This document shows positions 20,357 to 30,113 of a stretch of 50,265 nt of DNA, piece by piece. Source of the DNA: an uncultured Verrucomicrobiales bacterium (GTDB lineage: Bacteria > Verrucomicrobiota > Verrucomicrobiia > Verrucomicrobiales > Akkermansiaceae); the NCBI GenBank assembly GCA_964576595.1, contig CAZNVW010000001.1:1-50265 (forward strand), read 5' to 3'. Positions within the stretch are counted from its first letter, which is position 1. Each line of letters begins with the position of its first letter. Under the pieces are notes generated by a model. It was given only the letters and a program-made list of their open reading frames with translations, searched no databases and had not been told where the DNA came from. Position numbers and translations under genes: made by a program.

Positions 20357-22753
20357 CTATTTGCCGCCTATGACCAAGTCATGGTTTTTCTGATTTCTCC
20401 GTACTGTAAAGCTGTTTTTTTCTCCCGAAGCCAACTTCTCTCTCAACGTGCCCACGCCATCAAGCGCTACGCCATTGATCGCCAGAATAACGTCGCCGGG
20501 AGCAATTCCGGCAAAATCAAACAAGCCTTTTTTATCCACGGAGACCACTACCAGGGCGCGCTCCAAATCTTCCGGCTTCAATCCATACACAGACAAGTCG
20601 CCGCTCCCCCGGGCGGGGCGCAGAAACGCGCCCGCTTCTCTCAAATGAACAGAAGAAGGCTGTTTCCCAGAATCGTCCTTCGTTCCAGAAATAATGGCAG
20701 GAATTTCAGGAGTTCTTACTCCCTGTTTCAAGCGGGGGGAGCGTACGCCAAAATGAGTCATCGGGATGTTTTTAAAGCCGAGGCCCAGTACCGGAGACTC
20801 CTTTTTTACCGTAAAATCGCCCTGGGCAGGGTCAACAAAAAGGGCGTCTCCTTTCAGCGAACCGGAGTCACCGCCGGACAGGGAGGCCAGCCCGGCCGCG
20901 GGCTCCGTACCTTTCGCCCCGGAAACATGGACAAAATTACGGTCCATGCACCTGCCCCAGGGAGAGAATTTCATCTCTCCGGCTTTTTCGTAGGTGTCCA
21001 GAAAAACAATATTGTTAAATACTTCGTCTCCGCTCTGTTTGAACCATACATGCGGATGAACTGTGTTGTTTACGATGATATTGTTATACACTTTTCTGAA
21101 AAAGCCTTCCCGCAATTTCAGGCCGGACCGGAGCATGACATTATTGTAGATTTCGTAATTCGAGGAGCCGTCGTCCAAATCAACGTCCCAGCCGTGATCG
21201 CAACGCCAGCGATTGTTCCTGATTACGACGGGCTGCACGACATCCAGCAGGACTATGTCCCTGTCCCGGGATAGCGCAATTTGATCCGCTTTCCAAAAGC
21301 GATCCCGCCCCCAGGAGTTGAAGGAGCCATGGTCATTTGTCTCCAGCACGGTATCAAATACATCGCAATACTCTATCACATGCCCGCCCCAGGCTCCCTC
21401 TCCGATATTGATTCCGGCACGAGGCACTTCGTAAATGGAGCAGGAGCGCACGACTATATTGCGCGCCAATGAAATTTCGACGCCCGCCGTTTGTTTCTCT
21501 ATTTGCCCCGTGCGGACAATGCGGCAATCATCTACAAGGCAGTTTGACGGGTATTCCTGCGTAAGCGGCCCGGGAGTCCTGTCCATCGTTTCCAGAGACA
21601 GGGACTTGGCTTCATCGTAATCCCTGGGCCCCCGATAGGCCGAACGTTTCCCGACAAAAGCAATGCCATTGCCGCCCACATCGTATATATCGCAGGAGAC
21701 GATCCGGACACCTGTATTTTTCCCATCGACAAAAACGGCATTGCCGCCCAGATCAAAAAAATCGCATCCGATAATATGGCAATCCTCCGTTCCCTGCATC
21801 AAAACGGCTCCACTCCTGTAAATCGTCCAGTCGCTTCTCAACAAAGGTTCCCTGTTTTCCATGAATGTCCGCCGCGTCCCGGTGAAAACAATATCCTTGA
21901 GGGTTACCCTCGAGACCTCCTTTTTCCCCTCCTGACGCAAAACGATCAATTCTTCCGGCCCGGCGGCCTCCAGACGCGCCTTTGACAAATCAACCCCCTC
22001 TTCGGGATACAGGTACAGCGTATTGCCGGCCTTGTCCAAATACCATTCTCCGGGAGCATCCAGCTCCTCAAAAATATTCTCCACAAATTTGTAACGGGCG
22101 TGAGGGGCAGAAGGACGGTTGTTCTGCCAGCCCCCCTCCCGTTTCAGCTTGTTCCCATCCTTGCCGAGGATGCGAAAATGCATTCCCCCCCACATGCGGT
22201 CATGCAGGGCGTGCAGATAGCCTCCTGCGGGATTCGTCCATCGGGCAACTCTTTCCGCGCTATCGGCGTCGGACGCCGTTCCGTGAAAAACGGCCGCATG
22301 GGAATCATAGTTGGGATAACGCGCCATATGCATGGGCCTGCCGTTGACAAACAGCACATCCAAGTCCATCCCCCGAGGGACTGGCGTCTTTTTAATGCCG
22401 TCCCGATAGTCGCTCCATTCCGCCGAAAACGGCGTTGCTCCGCTGACAACCGCCTTGCGGGGATTTTTTGAACGGATCACAATTCCCGAATCCTCTCCAT
22501 TCAAAATCAGGGGCGACTTCAAATAATACACTCCGTCCTCGAGGGTAATGAGGCGATTCTCCTGTAACGGCGACTTCCTGATTTTCTGAACGGCGGCGGC
22601 AATAGATTGCAAGGGACGATCCGCCGTCCCGGGATTCCCGTCACTCCCGTTCGGAGAGACAAACAGTTCCGCGCCCCATGAGGATGAAGCAAAGAGAAGG
22701 TAACACACAGCCAGCCCCATCATCCCGCCTCTGCCTGTTTTGAAAATAGCCAT
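20357..22753 (-). CDS. Secreted right-handed parallel beta-helix protein with C-terminal PDZ domain
   Basis: ATG at 22753 gives MAIFKTGRGGMMGLAVCYLLFASSSWGAE (signal peptide). ELFVSPNGSDGNPGTADRPLQSI is typical of pectate-lyase-fold proteins, followed by repeated N/G/V-rich beta-helix turns. The C-terminus GIAPGDVILAINGVALDG is PDZ-like. Confidence 0.7.
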   Translation of the reverse strand: MAIFKTGRGGMMGLAVCYLLFASSSWGAELFVSPNGSDGNPGTADRPLQSIAAAVQKIRKSPLQENRLITLEDGVYYLKSPLILNGEDSGIVIRSKNPRKAVVSGATPFSAEWSDYRDGIKKTPVPRGMDLDVLFVNGRPMHMARYPNYDSHAAVFHGTASDADSAERVARWTNPAGGYLHALHDRMWGGMHFRILGKDGNKLKREGGWQNNRPSAPHARYKFVENIFEELDAPGEWYLDKAGNTLYLYPEEGVDLSKARLEAAGPEELIVLRQEGKKEVSRVTLKDIVFTGTRRTFMENREPLLRSDWTIYRSGAVLMQGTEDCHIIGCDFFDLGGNAVFVDGKNTGVRIVSCDIYDVGGNGIAFVGKRSAYRGPRDYDEAKSLSLETMDRTPGPLTQEYPSNCLVDDCRIVRTGQIEKQTAGVEISLARNIVVRSCSIYEVPRAGINIGEGAWGGHVIEYCDVFDTVLETNDHGSFNSWGRDRFWKADQIALSRDRDIVLLDVVQPVVIRNNRWRCDHGWDVDLDDGSSNYEIYNNVMLRSGLKLREGFFRKVYNNIIVNNTVHPHVWFKQSGDEVFNNIVFLDTYEKAGEMKFSPWGRCMDRNFVHVSGAKGTEPAAGLASLSGGDSGSLKGDALFVDPAQGDFTVKKESPVLGLGFKNIPMTHFGVRSPRLKQGVRTPEIPAIISGTKDDSGKQPSSVHLREAGAFLRPARGSGDLSVYGLKPEDLERALVVVSVDKKGLFDFAGIAPGDVILAINGVALDGVGTLREKLASGEKNSFTVRRNQKNHDLVIGGK

Positions 22754-22850
22754 AAAATAAATCTCTTGAAACGCTTCTCTCCCCATCCCGACAAAAGAAC
22801 AGGCAGGCAAGCGCATGTTACATACGGGTTGCCATATGGCAATCTTTCTC

Positions 22851-23345
22851 CTATTGACAAAAAAGCCCCGTCACGTCTTCAAACCGCCCCTCTGCGGCCC
22901 GGCGCAGATCCTCCGGCTTCAGCTCCATCTGGCAGCCGAGACAGCCGCCGCTGACTACCATGGAAGGCAGAGAGGCCGCGCCCCCGTCAATCACGGTCGG
23001 ATATTTCTTCTTCATCCCCAGACAGGTGCAACCGCCGCGGACGTATCCGGTTACCCGGGTGATATCCTTGACGGGAATCAGGGCAAGAGACTTCTCTCCG
23101 ACCGCCCGGGCGGCTTTTTTCAGGGAAAGCTCGGCTTCTATGGGAATCACAAAGACATAATAATGCCGGGGCGTCCCCTCGGCAACGAGCGTCTTGTACA
23201 ATTTTTCGGCAGGCAGTCCCAAAGCCTCAGCGGTATGCAGCGATCCGGCAAACTCTTCACACTCATAAAAATAGTGCCGATACTCCACGCCCAGACTGTC
23301 CAGCAGGCGCATCGCGTTTGTTTTTACCTCTTTCTTCCGGCTCAT
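22851..23345 (-). CDS. ybaK: Cys-tRNA(Pro)/Cys-tRNA(Cys) deacylase YbaK
   Basis: About 160 aa. TNAMRLLDSLGVEY start and the GYVRGGCTCLGMKK motif are typical of YbaK/EbsC. Confidence 0.85.
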   Translation of the reverse strand: MSRKKEVKTNAMRLLDSLGVEYRHYFYECEEFAGSLHTAEALGLPAEKLYKTLVAEGTPRHYYVFVIPIEAELSLKKAARAVGEKSLALIPVKDITRVTGYVRGGCTCLGMKKKYPTVIDGGAASLPSMVVSGGCLGCQMELKPEDLRRAAEGRFEDVTGLFCQ

Positions 23346-23358
23346 GGCGCAGTCGCAA

Positions 23359-24432
23359 CTATTTGCCTTTCCCCAGTTTTTCCCCCTTTATCAGTGTTTC
23401 AACAGGGGGCTGCTGCTGCGATGTCTTGACGCTGTTTTGCTCCAGCCACTCCAGCACGGGAACGAGGAGCGCGTCGGGAGGCAGTTCATGCGTCCCCTTG
23501 AAGGCCTTGTAATCCACCTTGCATCCCCTTTTTTTGAGAATTTTCTCCTCATCCTTGTGCCAGTGCATATTGGGGTCGTCCTTGGGATAGACGTCCGAGC
23601 TGTAGTTATCGACAAACATCACGGCCATTTTTGTCGGGCAATTGACGGTTTTCATACCGCCCAGCCAGCCGCACATGGCGACGACTCCCTTCCAGTAGCG
23701 CGCTTCCTCTCCCGTGCCTTCACTCTTGCCGAAGGCCGTCACGGAGCCTCCGGACATCCCTCCGAGATACATCCGCTCGGGGTCGTAAAAGTAGAGCTTG
23801 TCCATGTTTTTCAACAGGGCGTTCCACTTCTTCGCCAGCTCTTCCTTGAGTTCCCCTTTATGGTTTCTGAATTCGTCAAATCCGACGGCCACCCAGCCCC
23901 GTTCCTCACACGCCCGGGCAAATTTGGAAGCCATGGAATGGCCGTTGCCGACAGGAGAAAACAGGAAAATAACGGGAGGAGGATTTTTCAAATCCAGCTT
24001 TGACGGGTAATAAACATGACTGGCGGGGTATCCCTCCCCGGCCGGAATGGAGGAAACTTTCCCCAGGCGGCCTTTTACCAGCGCAGAGGGTTCAGGGGGC
24101 CGGTTTTCCTGTTCCTTCCGCCGGAGCCATTGTCTATCCTCCTCGCTCAAAAGAGATTCTTTCAACACAACCCGCCTGCCGTTTTTCCATTTCAGGGAGA
24201 CGTTGCCGCTCCGTGAATCATACCCGGCATACTCGGCCTCGATCTTCTTCCCCTCAAGATTGGTCCAGACAGACCGCCCCTCCTCTCCGCCCAGACAAAC
24301 TGTTCCGCTCATCAACAGGGCCGCGCCGGCATACAGCCCCCGCAGTTTTCCCGGCCATGCCATTCTTCCCGTCCTGCCTAAAATTGATTGCACAAGACCA
24401 TTCATAGCGAAGAGCGCATCCCTTCTCAACAT
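23359..24432 (-). CDS. Secreted/anchored protein with SHD1-like domain and alpha/beta-hydrolase (esterase-like) domain
   Basis: WTNLEGKKIEAEYAGYDSRSGNVSLKWKNGRRVVLKESLLSEEDRQWL resembles the SLA1 homology domain 1 pattern. YLGGMSGGS is a GxSxG nucleophile elbow. The start is uncertain: 24432, or 24363 (MAWPGKLRGLYAGAALLMSG). Confidence 0.55.
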   Translation of the reverse strand: MLRRDALFAMNGLVQSILGRTGRMAWPGKLRGLYAGAALLMSGTVCLGGEEGRSVWTNLEGKKIEAEYAGYDSRSGNVSLKWKNGRRVVLKESLLSEEDRQWLRRKEQENRPPEPSALVKGRLGKVSSIPAGEGYPASHVYYPSKLDLKNPPPVIFLFSPVGNGHSMASKFARACEERGWVAVGFDEFRNHKGELKEELAKKWNALLKNMDKLYFYDPERMYLGGMSGGSVTAFGKSEGTGEEARYWKGVVAMCGWLGGMKTVNCPTKMAVMFVDNYSSDVYPKDDPNMHWHKDEEKILKKRGCKVDYKAFKGTHELPPDALLVPVLEWLEQNSVKTSQQQPPVETLIKGEKLGKGK

Positions 24433-24448
24433 GATTCGTCCCCGCCTC

Positions 24449-25189
24449 CTACAGGGCCACGCCGTCCCGGCTCCGGGCGATGGAGATAAATACATCCTCC
24501 AGCGACTCTCCGCCAAACCGCTCGAGCATCTCCGCCCCGCTTCCCATGAACAGGATGCGGCCATGATGAATGAACAGGATGCGGTTGCAGACCTCCTCGA
24601 CATCTCTCATGTTGTGGGAGGTATAAAGCATGCTGATCCCGGTCTGCTGCCGCACCTGCGTCAGCGTTGTGCGCACCTTGTCGGCAATGTCCGGGTCGAG
24701 TGAAGCGGTCGGCTCGTCCAACAGGAGCATCTTCGGCTCGTTCAGCAGGGCCTTGCACAAATTGAGACGAGTCGATTCCCCGGCAGAAAGCATCCCCGTC
24801 ACCCGCTTGTAAAGATGGGAGATTTCAAACATTTCCAGCAGGGATTCTATTTTTTCCTTCCTGTTGCGCACGCCGTAAATGCGGGCAAAGACGTCCAGAT
24901 TCTGCCATACGAGCAGATTGGCGGGCAGAGAGGTATAGGCGGAGGAAAAATTGCACAGTCCGAGGGCAGTAATGCGGTCTTTTTTCAAATCATGGCCGAA
25001 AATGGAGATTTCTCCCGCCGTCGGAGTCAGCAGACCGAGGATCATATTCATGGTGGTCGTCTTGCCCGCGCCATTCACGCCCAGCAGGCCGAGGCATTCC
25101 CCGGCCATAACGTCAAAATCCAGGTGGTCCACAGCGGTCACGGAGCCGAATACCTTGGTCAAACCGGAGACTTGAAGGGGGAGTGTCAT
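24449..25189 (-). CDS. ABC transporter ATP-binding protein (ABC-2/export type)
   Basis: Walker A GVNGAGKTTT, signature LSAGESTRL, Walker B LLLDEPTASLD and H-loop TSHNM. Confidence 0.9.
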   Translation of the reverse strand: MTLPLQVSGLTKVFGSVTAVDHLDFDVMAGECLGLLGVNGAGKTTTMNMILGLLTPTAGEISIFGHDLKKDRITALGLCNFSSAYTSLPANLLVWQNLDVFARIYGVRNRKEKIESLLEMFEISHLYKRVTGMLSAGESTRLNLCKALLNEPKMLLLDEPTASLDPDIADKVRTTLTQVRQQTGISMLYTSHNMRDVEEVCNRILFIHHGRILFMGSGAEMLERFGGESLEDVFISIARSRDGVAL

Positions 25190-25220
25190 CTTGACTTACT
25201 ATTTACCTCTTTCGCGCCGG

Positions 25221-26720
25221 TCAGGCAACTCTTTCACCAGCCAGCAGCGACCTCCCCCTCAAATACATCGCCAGCAGACCGATCAGGAAAAAGCCCGTGG
25301 AAAGGGCGGAGCCGCCCCAATGCAGCGTCGCGAAGCAGGCGGCAAATCCTGCGGCCGCCAGAAAGGAAACCAGAGCCGCGCCCCGGTCCATCCGGTACCC
25401 CATGACGTAGCGGCTGATGAGCAGATTCTGCCCATACTCGTAAAAACGCAGGATTGCGAACGCCATTCCCAGCCCCGTCAGGCCAAAACGGGGGTACAGC
25501 CAGACAATCAGCCCGATGTGCATCGCACAGCTCAACAGTTCCAGAGCAAAGGAGAGCTTGACCCATTTGTGCGCATAGCGGATCAATCCCATCGGCCAGG
25601 AAATCAGCTGGGCCATCGCGCCGCACAAAAACCAGCGAAACGCCCCGGTCGCCACGGAGAAGCTCTCACTGTAAAACAGCGGAAACAGCCACTCGGAGAA
25701 TACCAGCCCGGCCAAAAAGAAGGGCGCGGCCAACAGAACCAGTACTTCCACCTGCCGGTTGACGAGAGAGGAAAACAGGGCCGGATGCTCGCGCAGCGCC
25801 GACAGACGGGGGAAAAACTCCATGGACAGCGAGCTGGACACAAAAATAATGGCGTAGGTCGAGACGGAGAAGGCCGCCGTGTAATACCCCACTTCCATTT
25901 CCCCGCTGCGCTCCATCAAAAAGGCGCGAATCCACATCGTGGACCACATTGCCACCAGCCCGGACAGCGTAATCACCAGCCCCAGCCAGGCCATATCCCG
26001 CGCCAGATGCCAGGTGCGTCCCCAGGACAGGAGCTCCCTGCCCCCCAGAGGGACCCGGCGCGTCAGGCTCCAGCCGATCAGCACCCGGATCAGGGGATAG
26101 GCGATCAGGGACGGCACCAGCCCCTGCCGGCCCCAAAGGTACAGGAAGAGGATCATGCAGCACGCCCCGAGGATATTGCTCGTCACATCGGCGCGGGCCG
26201 CGTCTCCGGGACGGCGCACTCCCTGCAGCAGGGCCTCCTGGCCGACAAAGAGGTTGGAAAAAACAAAAATGACCGACAACCAGCGAAAGGCATTTGTCTG
26301 CGAGGCATCGCCAAACATTTCCACACTTGCATACTCCGCACAAAAGAACAGGCCGATGCTCCCCGCCACGCCCAAAATGACCAGTACCCGGCGCACGACC
26401 CGGTACATTTCTCCCGCCCGGCCGGAGTTTCCCCCGCCCCAGGCCTCCGCGATTTCCCGCACTCCGCTTGTGGACAGGCTCAGGGAAATGAAGGAAAACA
26501 GGAACCCCAGCACACTGTAATACAGCCCAAATACGCCTACTCCTCCCGGCCCGAGCAGCAGGGCCATGGCCTTCATGCGGCCCATATTCGTCAACATGTT
26601 CAGTCCCATCACTCCGCCAAAAAGAGACGTATTGCGAAAGAGACGGGTATAGGGCACTTTGCCGAACCATCCGGACGCGGGGCCTCCTCCGGGAGGGGGG
26701 GGCGGCGAAGGTTCAGTCAT
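25221..26720 (-). CDS. MOP-superfamily polysaccharide/oligosaccharide flippase (Wzx-like)
   Basis: About 500 aa and highly hydrophobic, with about 12-14 TM segments. The N-terminal region NTSLFGGVMGLNMLTNMGRMKAMALLLGPGGVGVFGLY is typical of polysaccharide biosynthesis/flippase proteins. ATG at 26720. Confidence 0.7.
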   Translation of the reverse strand: MTEPSPPPPPGGGPASGWFGKVPYTRLFRNTSLFGGVMGLNMLTNMGRMKAMALLLGPGGVGVFGLYYSVLGFLFSFISLSLSTSGVREIAEAWGGGNSGRAGEMYRVVRRVLVILGVAGSIGLFFCAEYASVEMFGDASQTNAFRWLSVIFVFSNLFVGQEALLQGVRRPGDAARADVTSNILGACCMILFLYLWGRQGLVPSLIAYPLIRVLIGWSLTRRVPLGGRELLSWGRTWHLARDMAWLGLVITLSGLVAMWSTMWIRAFLMERSGEMEVGYYTAAFSVSTYAIIFVSSSLSMEFFPRLSALREHPALFSSLVNRQVEVLVLLAAPFFLAGLVFSEWLFPLFYSESFSVATGAFRWFLCGAMAQLISWPMGLIRYAHKWVKLSFALELLSCAMHIGLIVWLYPRFGLTGLGMAFAILRFYEYGQNLLISRYVMGYRMDRGAALVSFLAAAGFAACFATLHWGGSALSTGFFLIGLLAMYLRGRSLLAGERVA

Positions 26721-26874
26721 GGAGCGGAGACTATCGCCTCCGTTCCCCCGGTACAAGAAGGAAGATTTCGTATGAAGCCGGAAGGCGGATCACCCCCCCA
26801 AAATCCTCCGCCCGGCCTTTGTCCCGTACAGATTGAGCTTGATTCCCCCGTCCCGTCCCTATAGGAATACACCC

Positions 26875-27615
26875 ATGTTCACTGGTAAAGTAGCAGTTGT
26901 GACCGGAGCCGGTCGTGGTATCGGCTATGCCATCGCCCACCGTCTCGCCTCCCGGGGCGCCCGCGTAGCCGTCGTCAGCCGCAGCCTCTCGAGCTGTTCC
27001 GCCGCCGCGGAAAAAATCAACGCCGAGTTTCCCGGCTCCTCCAAAGCCTACGCCGTTGACGTCGCCGACTTCGACGCCGTGCAGGCCATGGGAGCGGAGG
27101 TCATCGCCGACTTCGGCAAAGTGGACATCCTCGTCAACGACGCGGGCATCACCCGCGACAACCTGATGCTCCGCCTGAAGTCCGAAGACTGGGACGCCGT
27201 CATCGACACGAATCTCAAAGGAGCCTTCAATACGACCAAGGCTTTCCTCAAGCCCCTGATGAAAGCCGACGGCGCGCGCATCATCAATATCGCCTCCGTC
27301 ATCGGCCTCATGGGCAATGTCGGACAAGCCAACTACAGCGCCTCCAAGGCGGGCCTGATCGGCTTCAGCAAATCCATCGCCAAGGAACTGGCCAGCCGCA
27401 AGGTGACCTGCAACGTCGTGGCTCCCGGCTTCATCGCCACGGATATGACCGACGTTCTGTCGGAAGATCAGAAGGCCGCCATTCTCAAGACCATTCCCCT
27501 CGCCAAACTCGGCGCGCCGGAAGACATCGCGGCCTGCGTCGAGTTCCTCGCCAGCCCACAGGCCCAGTACATCACGGGCCAGGTGCTCGCCTGCGACGGC
27601 GGCATGACCATGTAA
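26875..27615 (+). CDS. fabG: 3-oxoacyl-[acyl-carrier-protein] reductase
   Basis: MFTGKVAVVTGAGRGIGYAIA, NDAGITRDN, YSASKAG (YxxxK) and the C-terminus ITGQVLACDGGMTM. Confidence 0.9.
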   Translation: MFTGKVAVVTGAGRGIGYAIAHRLASRGARVAVVSRSLSSCSAAAEKINAEFPGSSKAYAVDVADFDAVQAMGAEVIADFGKVDILVNDAGITRDNLMLRLKSEDWDAVIDTNLKGAFNTTKAFLKPLMKADGARIINIASVIGLMGNVGQANYSASKAGLIGFSKSIAKELASRKVTCNVVAPGFIATDMTDVLSEDQKAAILKTIPLAKLGAPEDIAACVEFLASPQAQYITGQVLACDGGMTM

Positions 27616-27646
27616 ACGTAACGACAGTTACCCCCCCTTTACTCCG

Positions 27647-27677
27647 CGGACGTTCCCCAGAAGGAACGTCCGTTTTT
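27647..27677 (+). terminator. Rho-independent terminator after fabG
   Basis: cggacgttcc-ccagaa-ggaacgtccg is a perfect 10-bp stem followed by ttttt. It also lies just beyond the stop of the convergent MFS gene. Confidence 0.8.
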
Positions 27678-27689
27678 ATTTAAAACGAT

Positions 27690-28880
27690 CTATATCTGAA
27701 CCGGGCGGGACGACCGCTTGCCGAATATCAGACCGACCAGACAAAAGAGCGTATAAATCAGGCAGAACATCCACGGTGAACCGCCCGGGTGGACAAAGGA
27801 ACTGCCCCCCAAAGCCAGCAGGGCTCCCAGTGTAAAGCCGAAGCCCTGGGACATCCCCGACAGCTCGACTGAGGAGACCTCGTCCTTCGCCCGCTCCACC
27901 ATCAACGCCATGCCCCGGCTGAACAGAACGCCTATGCTGAACCCGAAGACGACTCCCAGCGGAATCACATAGGCCAAAGGCGCAAACAGGAACCCCCAGC
28001 AGCAAAGGCACGACAGCAAAAAAGACACGACCACGGCCCGCCCGTGCCCGCCCATCCGGTCAGTCAGCCAATGGGCGGTCATCGCCGCAGGGATTTGAAC
28101 CAGTGTCGCCAGAGACAGTAAAAATCCCGCATCCTCCGGCCTCATCCCCCGCCCTACCATCAGGGTAGGCAGCCAGGTAAAGATGAAATACGCCCCGGCT
28201 ACGCGAAACATGTAAAACACGGTTACGTCCCAGGCATCTCCATTGGACAGCAGGCGGGAAAAGCGCGTATTCAGCGTTTTCCCGCTTACGGAAGAGTGAA
28301 CGATAAAATACGAGAGCCAGACACACGCCGCTACAAGCAAGGGCAGCGCCCAGACCGCCAGACCGTCATTCCAGTCGCCGAGCAAACGCGCCGCCGGTAT
28401 GGCTCCCGCCGCCCCCAGAGAGCTCCCCAGCCCCACCAGCGCACTGTACATCCCCATCATCAGGGACTGGTGCGCCGGGAACTCCCTCTTTACCAGGCCG
28501 GGAATGACCGCCCCGCCCACGCCCAGCCCGAGCCCCATGACGATCATCCCCCCGTACAGTCCCGCCGTCTGCCCGTAACTCCGCCACAATATCCCGGCGA
28601 CCGCCACTATCAACGCCCAGAAGACCAGCCGCCCCGGCGCTACCACGCGAGACAGCCGGGGAGCCAGCGGAGCCGCCACCCCCAGCACAAAAACCGGCAG
28701 CAGGGCAAACGCGCCCGAGCCCTCCAGCGACAAATGCAAATCCTCCTCAATCCGGCGCAGCAGGGAATCAGCCGCCGTAAAAGAGCATCTCAGATTGAGA
28801 CAGACCAGAATGAACGCAATCAGGAAAAAAACACGCCCCGCCGAGGAAGGTGCGTTTGCGGTAGAGAGCTTCACATCCAT
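27690..28880 (-). CDS. MFS transporter (CynX/NimT-like)
   Basis: About 12 predicted TM segments. The N-terminal pattern FLIAFILVCLNLRCSFTAADSLLRRIEEDLHLS resembles cyanate-permease-type MFS proteins. Confidence 0.8.
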   Translation of the reverse strand: MDVKLSTANAPSSAGRVFFLIAFILVCLNLRCSFTAADSLLRRIEEDLHLSLEGSGAFALLPVFVLGVAAPLAPRLSRVVAPGRLVFWALIVAVAGILWRSYGQTAGLYGGMIVMGLGLGVGGAVIPGLVKREFPAHQSLMMGMYSALVGLGSSLGAAGAIPAARLLGDWNDGLAVWALPLLVAACVWLSYFIVHSSVSGKTLNTRFSRLLSNGDAWDVTVFYMFRVAGAYFIFTWLPTLMVGRGMRPEDAGFLLSLATLVQIPAAMTAHWLTDRMGGHGRAVVVSFLLSCLCCWGFLFAPLAYVIPLGVVFGFSIGVLFSRGMALMVERAKDEVSSVELSGMSQGFGFTLGALLALGGSSFVHPGGSPWMFCLIYTLFCLVGLIFGKRSSRPVQI

Positions 28881-28957
28881 TAACCGGACGATGACTCAAG
28901 CCACAAAAAAGGTCAATCTAACGGGTAAGGATTTTCGCGCGCTCCCGGGCCGGTTCT

Positions 28958-29896
28958 TCAGGGGTTTTCCCCGCCGGGAAGCTCCGGTTCCTCGGGGAAA
29001 AGGGTCATCTGTATCGGTCCGCTCCCGTCCCGAGTCTCCCCGGGGTGGCGGGTATATCCGGAGGACAGCCCGTACTTCTCCCGTATCTCGCCCACCATCG
29101 CATACAGCCGGGCCTTGTACCCGGCCTCCAGACCGCCCTTTTTGTACAGCTTGCGCAACGGCTCCTCCAGGCGGGGCAGCTCCCGGGCGATAAAATCAAA
29201 AAATACGGCCCGGGTACGTCCTCTCAAGTTCAGCGTGCCGGGCAGTACATAATCCACTCCCGCCTCCCGCGCCGCCGCGTACAAGGCCTCTACATTGCTG
29301 CGCCTGTCGGTGATGTACGGAATGATCGGCATGAAATGCACCCCGGTAGAAGCCTCCGTCCGGGAAAATTCCTTCAACATGGTCAGACGGCGTCCAGACT
29401 CCACAGCGTGAGGCTCTACCATACTGCGCACCCGCTCGTCCATGCAGGTTACGGTAGCGGCGACATTCACATAAGTGAGCCGGGCCAGCTCCGCGATCAA
29501 ATCGTAATCCCGGAGGATCAAGTCCGATTTGGTCGAGATCACGCACGGCGTCCTGTACTTGATCAGCAGGCGCAGAATCTCCGGCATGAACTTGTACCTT
29601 TCCTCTATGGGCTGGTAACTGTCCGTCACACTCCCAAGATTAATCACTCCACCCTTCCATGAGCGTTTTTTGAGCTGCTCCTCCAGCTTCTCGACGACGT
29701 TTGTCTTCACATACACCTCGTCAAAAAACGCCTCATCGGAGGGGTTGCTCAAATACTGGTGCGAGTACACCGCATAACAATAGCGGCACCCGTGCTCGCA
29801 CCCCCGGTACACATTGAGTTCCCAGTCAAACGGGAGCCAGCCTTTTGACCGGGTACACGCGGAAGAGCAGGTAATTTCCCGGCAGCGCACACTCAT
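28958..29896 (-). CDS. Radical SAM protein (SPL/DNA-photolyase-like COG1533 family)
   Basis: YRGCEHGCRYCYA is a CxxxCxxC motif. The ATG at 29896 is preferred over the TTG at 29974 because third-position G/C bias is lost upstream of 29896. Confidence 0.8.
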   Translation of the reverse strand: MSVRCREITCSSACTRSKGWLPFDWELNVYRGCEHGCRYCYAVYSHQYLSNPSDEAFFDEVYVKTNVVEKLEEQLKKRSWKGGVINLGSVTDSYQPIEERYKFMPEILRLLIKYRTPCVISTKSDLILRDYDLIAELARLTYVNVAATVTCMDERVRSMVEPHAVESGRRLTMLKEFSRTEASTGVHFMPIIPYITDRRSNVEALYAAAREAGVDYVLPGTLNLRGRTRAVFFDFIARELPRLEEPLRKLYKKGGLEAGYKARLYAMVGEIREKYGLSSGYTRHPGETRDGSGPIQMTLFPEEPELPGGENP

Positions 29897-30113
29897 AAAC
29901 AGAAGATCTTTTGTCACAAAAGGCTCCGGTTTTCCAGCAAACTCTCCAGATAAAAAACGTTCCTCCCCCGACAATTTTCAAAAAAGGCATTATCCAATAA
30001 TAATGTAAAATATTTCAAATATAAATACTCATAGTTCATTTTAAATTGACAAAATACAACAAAAAATATCTTCTACACTTCAATTCTCCTTCAACATTAC
30101 AAAAAAAGAAAAA

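Noticed and set aside
30046-30074. A sigma70-like promoter: TTGACA at 30046-30051 upstream of the small lipoprotein gene.
   Set aside because: No acceptable -10 hexamer lies at 16-18 nt spacing. The best candidate is TATCTT at 15 nt. The promoter consensus for this phylum is also uncertain, so it is not reported as a feature.
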